From assembly GCA_013388435.1 (NCBI GenBank), contig JACAFE010000034.1:476-64475 (forward strand): DNA of 64,000 nt. Direction: 5' to 3'. Below are positions 1 through 10,755 of the stretch, piece after piece (position 1 is the stretch's first letter; every line of letters starts with the position of its first letter). The notes under the pieces are model-generated. The model was not told the DNA's origin. It saw only the letters and a list, made by a program, of their open reading frames with translations, and ran no database searches. Both the position numbers and the translations under genes were made by a program. The stretch is from Nitrospirota bacterium. GTDB lineage: Bacteria > Nitrospirota > Thermodesulfovibrionia > Thermodesulfovibrionales > SM23-35.

Positions 1-248
1 CGATTTTAGAGCATTTGGTGAATTCGATTTTACAGAAGTTTGTTTTAAATCTTAACTATGGAATTTTAAAGGCCCGAACCTATGGAATTTACCTTGACTT
101 TGAGGCTGGCATCTTAACCATAACCGTTTATTGTTTTTCTTATACTTCAGCCCAGCCTTGTGTATATGCTTCAATAAAAACGAAAAATTTTCAAGGGGTA
201 AGGGTAAGTTCCAATATTAAACCAATTAACAAGAAAGGAAGGTTTATT

Positions 249-1970
249 ATGTTTGATTTTGAAAAAAAAATAAGCCGCCGAAAATTTCTTGAATACTCTG
301 CGGCTACATGCACTGCGGTCTGCCTTGGCTGGGATGAATGCCTGGCAAGAGGCAAAGTATATGCAGACCTCGTCTTGTTGAACGGAAAGATATTAACAAT
401 TAACAAAAAAGACCAGATTGCTCAGGCCGTAGCTGTAAAAGGCAATAAAATAATGAAAGTTGGAACAAATAAACAGATCAACTCCCTAATTAATTCTGAT
501 ACAAATGTTATTGATCTTGAAGGGAAAACTGTGACTCCAGGCATTGTTGATTCTCACGTACATGTAATGTATTATGGCCGCGCTGGTTGGGAGGGTTTTT
601 TAAATGTCAGATACCCTGCAGTTAAATCTCTGGATGACCTGCTAAAAGCTATTGAAGAAAAAGCTAAAACAACACCGAATGGGCAATGGATTTCTGGTAA
701 TCAAGGGTTTCGTTTTGATCATGACACACAAATTGACAGGTGGATTCTTGATACAGTTTCCCCTAACCATCCTGTATATCTAAGGGACTCCAGCGGACAA
801 TACTCGGTAGCCAATAGTCTGGCACTTGAAAAAGCAAATATTGATAAAAATACTAAAGACCCACTAAATGGAAAGATTATGCGAAATGAAAATGGTGAAC
901 CAAATGGCCTGCTTTTACACTATCCTGCTGAAAACCTTGTAATGACTATTGCTGACGGTTATTCAGGTCTTACTGATAAAGATTTAGAAGATGATGTTCT
1001 TCGCGCACAGGATACTCTATTAGCTGCTGGAATCACAAGTGGACAGGACGTCATTGTTGGCAATGTTAGAGACCTTAATGTTTATAAAAACCTTGCAGAT
1101 AGTAATAAGCTAAAAATGAGAATTTACACACTGTTATACGTTGAATCTGAAGAGGCTGCGCAAGATTATGCCAATACATTACATGGATATAAAACTGACT
1201 ATCTTACTTTTGCTGGATGGAAATTAGCCATTGACGGCGGGCCTTCAGCAGGTACGGTATTGATGTACAATAATCAGCTTTCTGCGTCAAGAAATTCTTA
1301 TTATTACTTTGATCCTCAAACTCTGAAAAGAATAGTCAGTTTGCTTCATAATACAGGCCTTCAAATCGCTTTTCATATTGTAGGCGACAAGGGAATAGAT
1401 GAAACGCTTGTTGCAATTGAATATGCGATGAAAGTCAAAAAAAGAAAAAACCATAGACACAGAATTGAGCATTGCATATTTGTAAATCCTAATTCTTTAA
1501 CCAAAATGAAAAAACTTGGAATAGTTGTATCAACTTCACCCCAATGGATATCATGGCACTCAGATTACTACTATGAAGCAACCGATGATGCCACTATGGA
1601 AAATATGATGCTTCTTTCTTCAATACTGAAAAATAAAATACCCTTAGCGTTTGGTTGTGATGTCCCTGCTTCCATCACCCATTATCCAAAATGGGCTTTA
1701 TATGGCGCAATAACAAGACAAAGCCTCAATACAGCGTACACTCCTCAGCCAAGTCAGTGTCTTAATATACATCAGGCTTTATATGCACATACAATGGGCT
1801 CAGCATATGCAGCATTTGAAGAAAAAATTAAAGGATCTATTGAAGTAAACAAACTTGCTGACATGGTTGTATGGTCCCACGATCTTTATTCTGTAAGCGC
1901 CGAAGATTTAAAAAATGTTGAGGCTCTTATGACTATTGTGGATGGAAAGATAGTTTATGAAAAAACATAA
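249..1970 (+). CDS. Exported metal-dependent amidohydrolase (amidohydrolase-3 / YtcJ-like TIM-barrel hydrolase)
   Basis: Lies within ORF 15..1970. The best start is ATG 249, just downstream of AAGGAAGG. The N-terminus MFDFEKKISRRKFLEYSAATCTAV looks like a twin-arginine leader. DSHVHV, HRIEHC and FGCDVP motifs are typical of the family. Confidence 0.8.
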   Translation: MFDFEKKISRRKFLEYSAATCTAVCLGWDECLARGKVYADLVLLNGKILTINKKDQIAQAVAVKGNKIMKVGTNKQINSLINSDTNVIDLEGKTVTPGIVDSHVHVMYYGRAGWEGFLNVRYPAVKSLDDLLKAIEEKAKTTPNGQWISGNQGFRFDHDTQIDRWILDTVSPNHPVYLRDSSGQYSVANSLALEKANIDKNTKDPLNGKIMRNENGEPNGLLLHYPAENLVMTIADGYSGLTDKDLEDDVLRAQDTLLAAGITSGQDVIVGNVRDLNVYKNLADSNKLKMRIYTLLYVESEEAAQDYANTLHGYKTDYLTFAGWKLAIDGGPSAGTVLMYNNQLSASRNSYYYFDPQTLKRIVSLLHNTGLQIAFHIVGDKGIDETLVAIEYAMKVKKRKNHRHRIEHCIFVNPNSLTKMKKLGIVVSTSPQWISWHSDYYYEATDDATMENMMLLSSILKNKIPLAFGCDVPASITHYPKWALYGAITRQSLNTAYTPQPSQCLNIHQALYAHTMGSAYAAFEEKIKGSIEVNKLADMVVWSHDLYSVSAEDLKNVEALMTIVDGKIVYEKT

Positions 1971-2014
1971 TTCAAATAGAAAAACTGGGAGATTTTGATT
2001 AAATCTGAAAGTTT

Positions 2015-2056
2015 AAAAGGCAGGAATGATATATAATCACGCCTGCCTTTTTTATT
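2015..2056. terminator. Bidirectional intrinsic terminator between convergent genes
   Basis: AAAAGGCAGG (stem 2019-2024), a loop, then CCTGCC (2042-2047) followed by TTTTTTATTT. An A-run upstream and a T-run downstream allow function on both strands. Confidence 0.6.
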
Positions 2057-2067
2057 TGAACAATTAA

Positions 2068-3498
2068 CTATATTTTAAACTGTATTTGCCATCTTAAGAA
2101 TTGACCGTTTTTAGCTTTGTCAGCATAGAAATCTCCGGGCACAAAGTATTCATACTGCAAGAAGGCATCAATATTCTTGTTAAATTTGTGTGTAAGGAAT
2201 ATCGTCGGCAGATGTCCTCTTTCATCTCCCTTGCCGAACATTGCAGCCCTTGATGGTATTGGCTGTGCCACCTCATTAGCCATCCAATACTGATATGAAA
2301 GAGACAGGCTTGTATCCGGAGTCAATGCCATCTTAACTTTTGCCATAAATAGCTGGGAATTCGACCAGTAAAAAGCAATCTTGGCAGCCTCGCGGATAAA
2401 CTCATTAATCATAACATAGCCAAGGAGCTCATTCCAGTAAGGTTGCCTCGAATAAAGCGGATCAAAATCCTCGTTCTTCGATGTATCAGGATCATCACCG
2501 GATAAGTAAACATAGCGAAGTTCGAGCTCGGGTTTAAATTTTACATCTGCAAATTTATATTTTCCGAATATATATCCACCATATCCTTTTCTATCTTGTC
2601 CAGCGTACTGACTCGTTCCTTTGTGTCCATCATATTCTCCGAACTGATAGGCAAATTCGCCGCCGAATGTCCACGGCGCTGATGTATATACTGCACGCGC
2701 TCCCACAGTGTTTAAAACAAGTTCAGGAATTACTGCTGGTGCAGAGTAGAGAGGAATCGCGCCTTCTTCTTCTTTCTTCCAGATATAATATGGCTCAAGG
2801 TCTAAATTATCAATAGGCTTGGTTCTTCCATATATTACAAAAGCCTGCGAGTCAGAAGTATCCAGATACTTCTTGCCATCATAATATGTTAAACCGTTTT
2901 CGATTTGAGTGCGCCATGTTGGAAGGTATTTGTCCTGAAACTGGTTTGAAATATAAACAAAATCAACCTTGTTCTTTTCATTGATATGCCATCTTATTCT
3001 TGCTGCATTAAAGTAAAATGTTCTCGAGCCATCCTGCGGAGTTCCGTCAGAAAACAAAAAACCCTCACCATACATGTCCTCACTCGAACCCCAAAAATCC
3101 TGTCTTCCAATCTTCAGGTCTACTGGTAATCCAAAAACTTTATTAGCTTTGATATACAGATTATCGATAACCCCTTCATTCTCATCAAGGCTTGTGGTCT
3201 CAGTACCACTGCTTTTTGGCTTAAGCGGACCAATCCATATGTAGGGTTCAGCGGTAAGCTTTAGAAACAGGCTTGTGTCCTTATTGTAGTTTGCACTGCC
3301 CCAGAGAGACAGCTTAAAACGTAAGAAGTTAATATCTGGAGTTACTGGATTTAGTGTTTTTAAATCAAGCAAATTATCCCATATCTCCTGCCTGACTCTC
3401 AGTGATGCGCCATAATCAAAGGTCACTTCAGCAAAACTATCGGATACAAAAAATAGACTGACAATTAATAATAAAGTAATAACGATACATTTTTTCAT
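2068..3498 (-). CDS. Outer-membrane beta-barrel protein (porin / alginate-export-like)
   Basis: 476 aa with signal peptide MKKCIVITLLLIVSLFFVSDSFA, a GGGAGGAA RBS, an alternating-hydrophobic strand pattern rich in Y/W/G, and a C-terminal ...LRWQIQFKI. It is the last gene of the minus-strand ACT-liv-paaK operon. Confidence 0.6.
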   Translation of the reverse strand: MKKCIVITLLLIVSLFFVSDSFAEVTFDYGASLRVRQEIWDNLLDLKTLNPVTPDINFLRFKLSLWGSANYNKDTSLFLKLTAEPYIWIGPLKPKSSGTETTSLDENEGVIDNLYIKANKVFGLPVDLKIGRQDFWGSSEDMYGEGFLFSDGTPQDGSRTFYFNAARIRWHINEKNKVDFVYISNQFQDKYLPTWRTQIENGLTYYDGKKYLDTSDSQAFVIYGRTKPIDNLDLEPYYIWKKEEEGAIPLYSAPAVIPELVLNTVGARAVYTSAPWTFGGEFAYQFGEYDGHKGTSQYAGQDRKGYGGYIFGKYKFADVKFKPELELRYVYLSGDDPDTSKNEDFDPLYSRQPYWNELLGYVMINEFIREAAKIAFYWSNSQLFMAKVKMALTPDTSLSLSYQYWMANEVAQPIPSRAAMFGKGDERGHLPTIFLTHKFNKNIDAFLQYEYFVPGDFYADKAKNGQFLRWQIQFKI

Positions 3499-3543
3499 CT
3501 AAATTCCTCCCGAAACCAAAGATAATTCTGATATGAATTAAAT

Positions 3544-4842
3544 TCACATCTTTCTTCTGTCAATAACTCTTCTAAATTTACCATGTTCAATTTCAAGAGT
3601 CTTTTTTTCAACAGGTTTAACTTCAACAGAAAAGCCGAGTTCAGCAATGAGTTTCGTCCTTATGCGTTCAATGAAATCTTTCTGTTTTCTGACCTGATCA
3701 AAAAAGATTGATTCAGAAACCCCGACAAGAACAGTTAATTCATCCATCACCCCCTTTCTTTCCACAATTATCTGGTAATGAGGCTCGGTTCCTTCAATTT
3801 CAAATAATACTGATTCAATCTGAGAGGGGAAAACAGTTATTCCCCTTATCTTGATCATATCATCTGTGCGCCCCATAACCTTGCTCATTCTATAGAATGT
3901 TCTTCCACATTTACACGGTTCGGATATAATGCTTGTCAAATCCCTTGTCCTGAAACGTATAACAGGGAAAGCTTCCTTAGTCAGTGTGGTAATAATAAGT
4001 TCTCCTGTTTCTCCTTCAGGCAATGGGGTAAGAGTTTCAGGGTCAACAATTTCAACTAAAAAATGGTCTTCATTAATATGTAATCCATTCCTTTCAAGAC
4101 ACTCGCCAGCAACTCCGGGCCCCATGACTTCGCTTAATCCATAATTATCAGTGGCAATTATTTTTAACTTTTCCTGGAGTTCATTCCTGATCGCCTCAGA
4201 CCATGGCTCTGCGCCAAAAAGACCATATTTTAAGGATAAGGAATTTACATTTATATCCATTTCCTTTATTGTTTCAGCAATTGATAATGCGTAACCAGGA
4301 GTACACATCAATGCAGTAGTTTTAAAATCCTGCATTATTTTTACCTGTCTTCGAGTGTTCACCGTGGATATTGGAATTACGGATGCACCGATTCTTTCTG
4401 CTCCATAATGAAAGCCGAGAGCTCCGCTGAAAAGTCCGTAATCAAAAGCAATCTGTACAATGTCATTTTGTGTAACACCTCCTGCAACAAGAATTCTTGC
4501 AGCAAGATTTGACCAGGTTTTAATATCATTCCTTGTATAACCAACTACTGTCGGCATCCCTGTTGTACCAGAAGAAGTCTGTATTCTCACCACTTCTCTC
4601 ATTGGAACTGCAAACATGCCGTATGGATAACTCAATCTCAGATCATCTTTTGTAGTAAGAGGAAGTTTTCTTAAGTCTTCAAGTGAGCGAAATGTGTCAG
4701 GATCTATACCGAGTTCGTCAAATTTTTTCCTGTAGAAAGGCACATTCATGTAAACTCTAACTAATGTTGCCTGAAGCCTTTCGAGCTGCAATTGCTGAAG
4801 AGCTTCTCTGCTGATACATTCTTTCTCAGGTTCCCAGTACAT
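3544..4842 (-). CDS. paaK: Phenylacetate-CoA ligase family aryl-CoA ligase (copy 1)
   Basis: 432 aa with a GGAGG RBS. It carries the N-terminal EALQQLQLERLQ motif, the AMP-binding motif TSSGTTGMPTVV, YGLSEVMGPGVA, and the C-terminal GKFRRVIDRRK. It is paralogous to the ORFs at 10756 and 12513. Confidence 0.85.
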   Translation of the reverse strand: MYWEPEKECISREALQQLQLERLQATLVRVYMNVPFYRKKFDELGIDPDTFRSLEDLRKLPLTTKDDLRLSYPYGMFAVPMREVVRIQTSSGTTGMPTVVGYTRNDIKTWSNLAARILVAGGVTQNDIVQIAFDYGLFSGALGFHYGAERIGASVIPISTVNTRRQVKIMQDFKTTALMCTPGYALSIAETIKEMDINVNSLSLKYGLFGAEPWSEAIRNELQEKLKIIATDNYGLSEVMGPGVAGECLERNGLHINEDHFLVEIVDPETLTPLPEGETGELIITTLTKEAFPVIRFRTRDLTSIISEPCKCGRTFYRMSKVMGRTDDMIKIRGITVFPSQIESVLFEIEGTEPHYQIIVERKGVMDELTVLVGVSESIFFDQVRKQKDFIERIRTKLIAELGFSVEVKPVEKKTLEIEHGKFRRVIDRRKM

Positions 4843-4876
4843 AAGCTTCCTCCACTTAATTTAAAATCAAATAAAA

Positions 4877-5611
4877 TCAAACCTTATAATCAACATCCCT
4901 GCCTAAATATGCTCTCTGCACATCTCTGTTTAAAAGCAAATCCTCTGCATTGCCCTGAAGTATTATTCTGCCTGTTTCAATTACATAACCTGTATTCGCT
5001 ATTTTCAAAGCACTTCTTGCATTTTGTTCAATAAGGAGAACTGTTAACCCAAATTTATCTCTTAGCTCAACTATATATCTAAAAATCTCCTTAATTATTA
5101 TCGGAGCAAGTCCCATACTCGGTTCATCGAGCAATAGCAATTTTGGTTTAGCCATTAAAGCTCTGCCGATTGCAAGCATCTGTTGCTCTCCTCCTGAAAG
5201 TGTTCCTGCAAGCTGCTTTCTTCTTTTTTTCAAAACAGGAAATATATTATAAATATCTTCCGCATCATTTTTTATTTCCGAGCGATTTTTAAAAGTATAA
5301 CGGTTGTATGAGCCGATTATTAAATTGTCTTCAACGCTTAGAGGACCGAATATTAGCCTCCCCTCCGGAACATGCGATATGCCTGCTCCGACAATTGTTT
5401 CTGGATTCATTTTTGAAATATCTTTTCCATCAAATGTTATGCTTCCATTAGAAAGACGATTGATTCCTGAGATTGTCCTTAATAATGTTGTTTTACCCGC
5501 TCCGTTTCCACCGATTAAAGCAACTATTTCTCCTTTGTTAACATGCAAAGAGACCCTTTTAATAACATGTAATTTACCGTAAAATATATCTACATTCTTA
5601 AGTATTAACAT
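4877..5611 (-). CDS. livF: Branched-chain/hydrophobic amino acid ABC transporter, ATP-binding protein LivF type
   Basis: Walker A GGNGAGKTT, signature LSGGEQQMLAIGRAL and Walker B LLLLDEPS. Start chosen at MLILKNVDIFYGK (ATG 5611), which overlaps the livG stop by 14 nt. Confidence 0.85.
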   Translation of the reverse strand: MLILKNVDIFYGKLHVIKRVSLHVNKGEIVALIGGNGAGKTTLLRTISGINRLSNGSITFDGKDISKMNPETIVGAGISHVPEGRLIFGPLSVEDNLIIGSYNRYTFKNRSEIKNDAEDIYNIFPVLKKRRKQLAGTLSGGEQQMLAIGRALMAKPKLLLLDEPSMGLAPIIIKEIFRYIVELRDKFGLTVLLIEQNARSALKIANTGYVIETGRIILQGNAEDLLLNRDVQRAYLGRDVDYKV

Positions 5612-6404
5612 TATATCCCGGCTGAACCTCTTCTTCTTCTCCAAGATATGCAACTATAACATCACGGTTTTTTTGCACTTCCATTGGTGTTCCATCAGCT
5701 ATAATTTCACCAAAATTCAGGACAGCAACTGAGTCACTTATATTCATGACAAGTTCCATATCATGTTCAACAAGAAGTATTGTTATACCCAATTCTTCCC
5801 TGATTCTTTTTATTATTTCGCCAAGCTCGCGTGTTTCTCTTATGTTTAACCCTGCTGCTGGTTCGTCAAGCAATATAAGTCCTGGTTCTGTAGCAAGCGC
5901 TCTTGCAATTTCAAGAATTCTCTGCTCACCAATTGGAAGATTTAAAGCAATTTCATTTATTTTGTGTCCGAGTTTTACATATTCAAGAAATTCCCTGCTT
6001 TTTTTATAAATTTTTTTTTCACTGTCAGTTATAAAAGAAAATTTAAATCCATCCATAAAAAAACTTGTTTTGTTTCTGGCATAAAATCCAACCATTATAT
6101 TTTCCAGAACAGTCATATTTCCAAAAAGTTCAACATGCTGAAAAGTTCTTGAAATACCTTTATTCGCAATCTTTGAAGGAGGCAGATTATTTATTTTTTC
6201 ATCTTTGAAAAGTATTTCTCCTTTATCAAGCCTGTGGATGCCACTTATGATATTAAGCAAAGTTGTTTTCCCGGCTCCATTTGGTCCTATGAGAGCTTTT
6301 ATTTCACCTTGCCTAACATTCAGATTAACATTCTGTAAAGCAGCAAGACCGCCAAAATTTTTAAAAACTCCCTTAATGCTTAGCAAATTTATAACCCCGT
6401 ACAT
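5598..6404 (-). CDS. livG: Branched-chain amino acid ABC transporter, ATP-binding protein LivG type
   Basis: Walker A GPNGAGKTT, Walker B LILLDEPAAG, and the C-terminal ...DVIVAYLGEEE typical of LivG. The start is ATG 6404 (MYGVINLLSIKG); an alternative TTG at 6386 is possible. Confidence 0.85.
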   Translation of the reverse strand: MYGVINLLSIKGVFKNFGGLAALQNVNLNVRQGEIKALIGPNGAGKTTLLNIISGIHRLDKGEILFKDEKINNLPPSKIANKGISRTFQHVELFGNMTVLENIMVGFYARNKTSFFMDGFKFSFITDSEKKIYKKSREFLEYVKLGHKINEIALNLPIGEQRILEIARALATEPGLILLDEPAAGLNIRETRELGEIIKRIREELGITILLVEHDMELVMNISDSVAVLNFGEIIADGTPMEVQKNRDVIVAYLGEEEEVQPGYNVNT

Positions 6405-7323
6405 TCTTGATTTTTTCCGATATAATAGGCACAAGACCTTTTCTGAAAAACATCAGGGTCAGTGTTAATATAAAACCATAAACCAGAATATCAAGCTCCT
6501 GAAATTTTCTTAATAATTCGGGCAGTACTGTTATAACAATTGCACCCGCAACAGCACCCCACAAATTTTTGCTTCCACCCACAATTACCATCATAAGAAT
6601 TAATATTGAATAAAACAGAGAAAAACTGCTTGGACTGATGAATGTGACATAATGAGAATAAAGGCTTCCTGCAAGTGATGCATATAGCGCACTAAGAATA
6701 AACACCTTAATTTTGAGTAAAGGAACATTTATTCCAATAGCTTCACAGGCTGTGTCACTGTCATGCATTGCCCTTAGAATTCTTCCTGTATTTGATTTAG
6801 TAAGGTTGATAGAATAAAGCATCACAATTGCAACTATTATCCATATAAAATAAAAACTTTCTTTTGTAGTTTGAATTGAATAACCTGCAATATTAAAATG
6901 AGGTATATCTCCAAATCCAGATGGGCCGCCCGGTCCCCATTCATTAAGAATTACATATATAATCTCTCCGAAACCGAGAGTTGCAACTGCAAGATAATGA
7001 CCTTTCAACCTCAGTGCAGGGACCGCCAATACTACCGCTGCAATCGCTGAAACTATCATTGCAGATAAAATGCCAAGGATAACAGGAAACCCGTAATAAA
7101 CACTGAGTATAGATGATACATATGCACCTATTCCATAAAATCCAGCCTGTCCCAAAGAAACCTGTCCAGCGTATCCCATCAAAATACACAACCCTATCGC
7201 AACAAGTGCGTTTATACCCGAAAAAATTCCAATTGTAAGTGCATAGTTGCTCTCTATAAACAAAGGCAGCAATCCAACGAATATGAAAAATACTATAAAG
7301 ACCATGAAATCTTCTTTTTTCAT
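6373..7323 (-). CDS. livM: Branched-chain amino acid ABC transporter permease LivM type
   Basis: 316-aa polytopic membrane protein. Its position and sequence (GQVSLGQAGFYGIGAY) are typical of LivM. Confidence 0.85.
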   Translation of the reverse strand: MKKEDFMVFIVFFIFVGLLPLFIESNYALTIGIFSGINALVAIGLCILMGYAGQVSLGQAGFYGIGAYVSSILSVYYGFPVILGILSAMIVSAIAAVVLAVPALRLKGHYLAVATLGFGEIIYVILNEWGPGGPSGFGDIPHFNIAGYSIQTTKESFYFIWIIVAIVMLYSINLTKSNTGRILRAMHDSDTACEAIGINVPLLKIKVFILSALYASLAGSLYSHYVTFISPSSFSLFYSILILMMVIVGGSKNLWGAVAGAIVITVLPELLRKFQELDILVYGFILTLTLMFFRKGLVPIISEKIKNVRGYKFAKH

Positions 7324-7325
7324 GT

Positions 7326-8213
7326 CTAAAACTTTCTTAATTGCGACATTGATTTAGTTATAAAGATTCCAGAAGGTTTGAAAAAAAGTATTAAAAGTAA
7401 AATAACAAGTGCAACTGCATCTTTAAGACCTGAATGAACATAACCTGCTGTCATTGATTCAAGAATACCAATTATGAATCCTCCGATTACCGCACCTCTG
7501 TTACTTCCAAGTCCTCCCATTATTGCGGCACAGAAGCCTTTAACAGAAAGCATAGGACCTTTGTCATACTCCATCAGTGAAATAGGAGTAATTGTCATTC
7601 CGCCTATGGCACCAACAATGGCGCTTAATATAAAAGAGAGCATAACCATTTTCGATACATTTACACCAGCAAGTTTTGCTGCGGTAGGATTAACAGCACA
7701 TGCAAGCATTGCCTTACCTGTAATAGTTCTTTTAAAAAACAAGAAAAGCAAAATTATACAAAAAAGCGTGATGCTGATTACCCATAATGTTTGTTGCTGG
7801 ATAATTGCTCCATAAATATTTATGGGCTCTCCTTCAGTGAAAGGCGGATATACATAAGGCTCTTTTCCGAAAAGAAACATCAAAACCCCCCGAAGAACAA
7901 TTGATACCGATATTGTAATCATTATCATTAGAAGCAGATCCGGATTCTTTAAAGGTTTGATGGTGAGTCTTTCGATTAATAATCCAACTAATCCTGAAGA
8001 AATCAGTGTGCATAAGACTGCGGCAAAAAAAGGAAGCTTAAGTGATTCAGAAAAAAACCACATTAAAAGTCCGCCTATTACAACAAATTCACCCTGGGCA
8101 AGATTTATGATTGAGGTTGAGTTATATATTATATTAAAACCAATACCAACCAGCGCATAAACAGCCCCGATAGTAAGACCGGAAAAGAGAAATTGCAGAA
8201 ATACAGTTAACAA
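7326..8213 (-). CDS. livH: Branched-chain amino acid ABC transporter permease LivH type
   Basis: 295-aa polytopic membrane protein with LFSGLTIGAVYALVGIGFNIIY and INLAQGEF motifs. There is a 2-nt gap to livM. Confidence 0.85.
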   Translation of the reverse strand: MLTVFLQFLFSGLTIGAVYALVGIGFNIIYNSTSIINLAQGEFVVIGGLLMWFFSESLKLPFFAAVLCTLISSGLVGLLIERLTIKPLKNPDLLLMIMITISVSIVLRGVLMFLFGKEPYVYPPFTEGEPINIYGAIIQQQTLWVISITLFCIILLFLFFKRTITGKAMLACAVNPTAAKLAGVNVSKMVMLSFILSAIVGAIGGMTITPISLMEYDKGPMLSVKGFCAAIMGGLGSNRGAVIGGFIIGILESMTAGYVHSGLKDAVALVILLLILFFKPSGIFITKSMSQLRKF

Positions 8214-8273
8214 ATCGTGCTATACCATGAAAAATGATTGAGGGGATTTTCTCCCCTCAATCATTCATTCACT

Positions 8274-9434
8274 CTATTTCAAAATTTCCCAATCGCCATT
8301 TTTTACAACAACCATTTCAAAGGCAGTTTTATCCAGCCCGCAATGGTCTTCAGGAGACATATTGAATATGCCGCCGGTTCCCGGCCATTTCTTTATTTTT
8401 GTCTCAATATAATCTCTGATTTTTTTCTTGTCAGGTCCTACTTTCTTCAAAGCTTCGACTATCATCATTATAGAATCATAGGCATGACCGCCGAATGTTC
8501 CGGGTTCGCCTTTGTATTTTGCTTCATAGTCTTGAGTGTATTTTTTCAATAAAGCCTTCTGAGGATGTTTATCAGGAAGCTTATCCCAAACAACAAGTCT
8601 GCCAAGGGGAGCAATAACGCCTTCTGCTGCTTTACCAGCAAGTTCTATATTTTTCTTACTGCCCCATCCATGACTTTGATATAAAGGAATACCCATTTTG
8701 AGTGCACTCCAGTTTTTTGTAACTATAACCTGACCCGGACCAACTGACCAGTTAATTACTGCCCGGGCACCTGAAGCTTTAATTTTTGTAAGCTGTGTTG
8801 TCATATCAGAATCTTTTGGTCCATATTTTTCATCTGCAGTAATTGTAATTCCATATTTTGGAGCCATATCATGCAAAGCTTTTCTTCCAGCGTCTCCAAA
8901 ACCTGTAGAAATTGTGATAATTCCAACCTTAGAAATGCCCTGCTTTTTCATATAACCATAAATTGCTTCTACTGCGCTTGTATCATACTGGGGAGTTTTA
9001 AAAATCCAGTATCTTTCTTTAACAGGCATTGTAATTGGAGCGCCTGCTGCGCATGATATTAAAGGTGTCTTAGCATTATTCATGATTGGAACCAATGCCA
9101 TTGATTCGCCAGTTGTGGAAGGACCGATAATAGCAAGAACTTTGTCATTCTCAAGGAGCTTTTTTGCTGATAAAACTGCCTGGGTTTCGTCACTTTTTGT
9201 ATCCTCAATTATTATTTCCAGTGGATGACCGTTAATACCGCCTGCTTTATTGATCTGTTCTTGCAACATCAAAGCGGTATTTTTTTCAGGTTCACCAAGA
9301 AAAGATGCAGGTCCTGTAACAGCAAAGACCGCTCCTATTTTGTAAGGTTCTTTTGCCTCAGCATTCTGCAAAAACAGAAAAACAGATGCTAACCCTAATA
9401 CAATCAATACAAAAACAGCTCCTGCCTTTTTCAT
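8274..9434 (-). CDS. livK: Periplasmic amino-acid-binding protein (LivK/LivJ family, type 1 PBP)
   Basis: 386 aa with a signal peptide (MKKAGAVFVLIVLGLASVFLFLQNAEA), then YKIGAVFAVTGPASFLGEPE, which is typical of Leu/Ile/Val-binding proteins. Confidence 0.85.
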   Translation of the reverse strand: MKKAGAVFVLIVLGLASVFLFLQNAEAKEPYKIGAVFAVTGPASFLGEPEKNTALMLQEQINKAGGINGHPLEIIIEDTKSDETQAVLSAKKLLENDKVLAIIGPSTTGESMALVPIMNNAKTPLISCAAGAPITMPVKERYWIFKTPQYDTSAVEAIYGYMKKQGISKVGIITISTGFGDAGRKALHDMAPKYGITITADEKYGPKDSDMTTQLTKIKASGARAVINWSVGPGQVIVTKNWSALKMGIPLYQSHGWGSKKNIELAGKAAEGVIAPLGRLVVWDKLPDKHPQKALLKKYTQDYEAKYKGEPGTFGGHAYDSIMMIVEALKKVGPDKKKIRDYIETKIKKWPGTGGIFNMSPEDHCGLDKTAFEMVVVKNGDWEILK

Positions 9435-9526
9435 AAAAAACCTCCTTAAAAGAAAATTTCAGGGATTTTAAAATAATCATTCCCTGTTTATATGATTTTA
9501 AAATAGATTGTTCTTTTATTTTATTT

Positions 9527-9958
9527 TTACAGGGAAGAAATCTCTTCACCTTGAATTATTTTAACGCCTGATTTTTTTAGGACATTGACCGCTTTTTCAG
9601 TATCATCGAAGCGAAAAATCACAATAGCGTTTTCCCCGCTTTTCTCTACAAAAGCATACATATATTCAACATTTATCCCTTCATCTTTGATAATATTGAG
9701 TATACCGGATAATCCACCCGGTCTGTCAGGAACTTCTATCGCAACCACTTTTGTTTTTTCAACAGTAAAGCCATTAAATCTTAAAACATTTTTTGCTTTC
9801 TCTGTATCATTAACAATTAATCTTAAAATCCCGAAATCAGCGGTATCGGCAAGATATAACGCTCTTATATTTATACCTGCATTGGAAAGGATACCTGTTA
9901 CTTCTGCGAGTCTTCCAGATTTGTTTTCAATAAAAATCGATAATTGCTCTACATCCAT
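9527..9958 (-). CDS. Stand-alone tandem-ACT domain protein (copy 1)
   Basis: 143 aa: [44 protein letters not shown] plus a second ACT repeat. It is paralogous to the ORFs at 12058 and 13823 and is the first gene of the minus-strand liv operon. Confidence 0.8.
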   Translation of the reverse strand: MDVEQLSIFIENKSGRLAEVTGILSNAGINIRALYLADTADFGILRLIVNDTEKAKNVLRFNGFTVEKTKVVAIEVPDRPGGLSGILNIIKDEGINVEYMYAFVEKSGENAIVIFRFDDTEKAVNVLKKSGVKIIQGEEISSL

Positions 9959-10166
9959 TATTTACACTTCCTGAAAATATGGTTATAAAGATTATCATAT
10001 CTATAACTAATATTACAACTACTGTCTGTTCTTAATTCTTTTACTTTTTTGCGATTTGCTATTTCAGATTGAAGTAAACTTAAAATATATGATAAATTAA
10101 TAGAATTTTTAAATATAAAATGAAATCTATGGTTGCTTACAACCTGCACAAAACAAAGAGAGGAAT

Positions 10167-10754
10167 ATGGATATTACAAATGTATTGTTTTCAGGAGTGG
10201 GGGGGCAGGGAATTATTCTTGCAAGCAAAATATTAACCAGATGCGCATTCATCTCTGGTTATTCTGTAAAAGAAAGCGAACTTCATGGCATGGCTCAAAG
10301 GGGTGGAAGTGTAATAAGTCATGTAAGGTTTGGAGATGAAGTTTACTCTCCTTTAATTCCAAAAGGTAAAGCAGATTTTCTTGTTGCTCTCGAAGAACTC
10401 GAAGGCTTAAGATATGCATATTATCTTAAACCTTATGGCAATGTGATATTGAATCATAGAAAAGTTATACCTTTCACTGTTAATCCTGCTTCAAATCCCT
10501 ATCCCGAAGATGTTAAATCAAAACTTATATCAATGGGCTTTCATGTTGATAGTGTTAATGCTATGGAAATTGCAAATGAAATGGGAAATTCTAAGTTAGA
10601 AAACATTATTATTCTGGGGATTCTCTCAAGATATATGCCTTTTATCATTTCAGCGTGGGAAAAAACAATAAGAGAATCAGTTCCGCCAAAAACAATTGAA
10701 ATTAACATTGAAGCATTCAAAAAAGGAAGAGAATTATTGGAGGGGAAAATCTAA
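10167..10754 (+). CDS. iorB: Indolepyruvate:ferredoxin oxidoreductase, beta subunit
   Basis: 195 aa. The N-terminal VLFSGVGGQGIILASKIL ... ELHGMAQRGGSV motif is typical of the IorB / 2-oxoacid:Fd oxidoreductase gamma-like domain. Its stop lies 1 nt before the paaK start. Confidence 0.8.
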   Translation: MDITNVLFSGVGGQGIILASKILTRCAFISGYSVKESELHGMAQRGGSVISHVRFGDEVYSPLIPKGKADFLVALEELEGLRYAYYLKPYGNVILNHRKVIPFTVNPASNPYPEDVKSKLISMGFHVDSVNAMEIANEMGNSKLENIIILGILSRYMPFIISAWEKTIRESVPPKTIEINIEAFKKGRELLEGKI

Positions 10755-10755
10755 C

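Noticed and set aside
15-248. N-terminal extensions offered by the ORF track (also 10696-10755, 17735-17785, 38700-38822, 37290-37328, 39581-39592, 47125-47205)
   Set aside because: Internal starts with better RBSs coincide with the point where family homology or the signal peptide begins. They also remove long overlaps with the upstream genes iorB, fabF and PSP1. The extensions encode low-complexity or hydrophobic junk.
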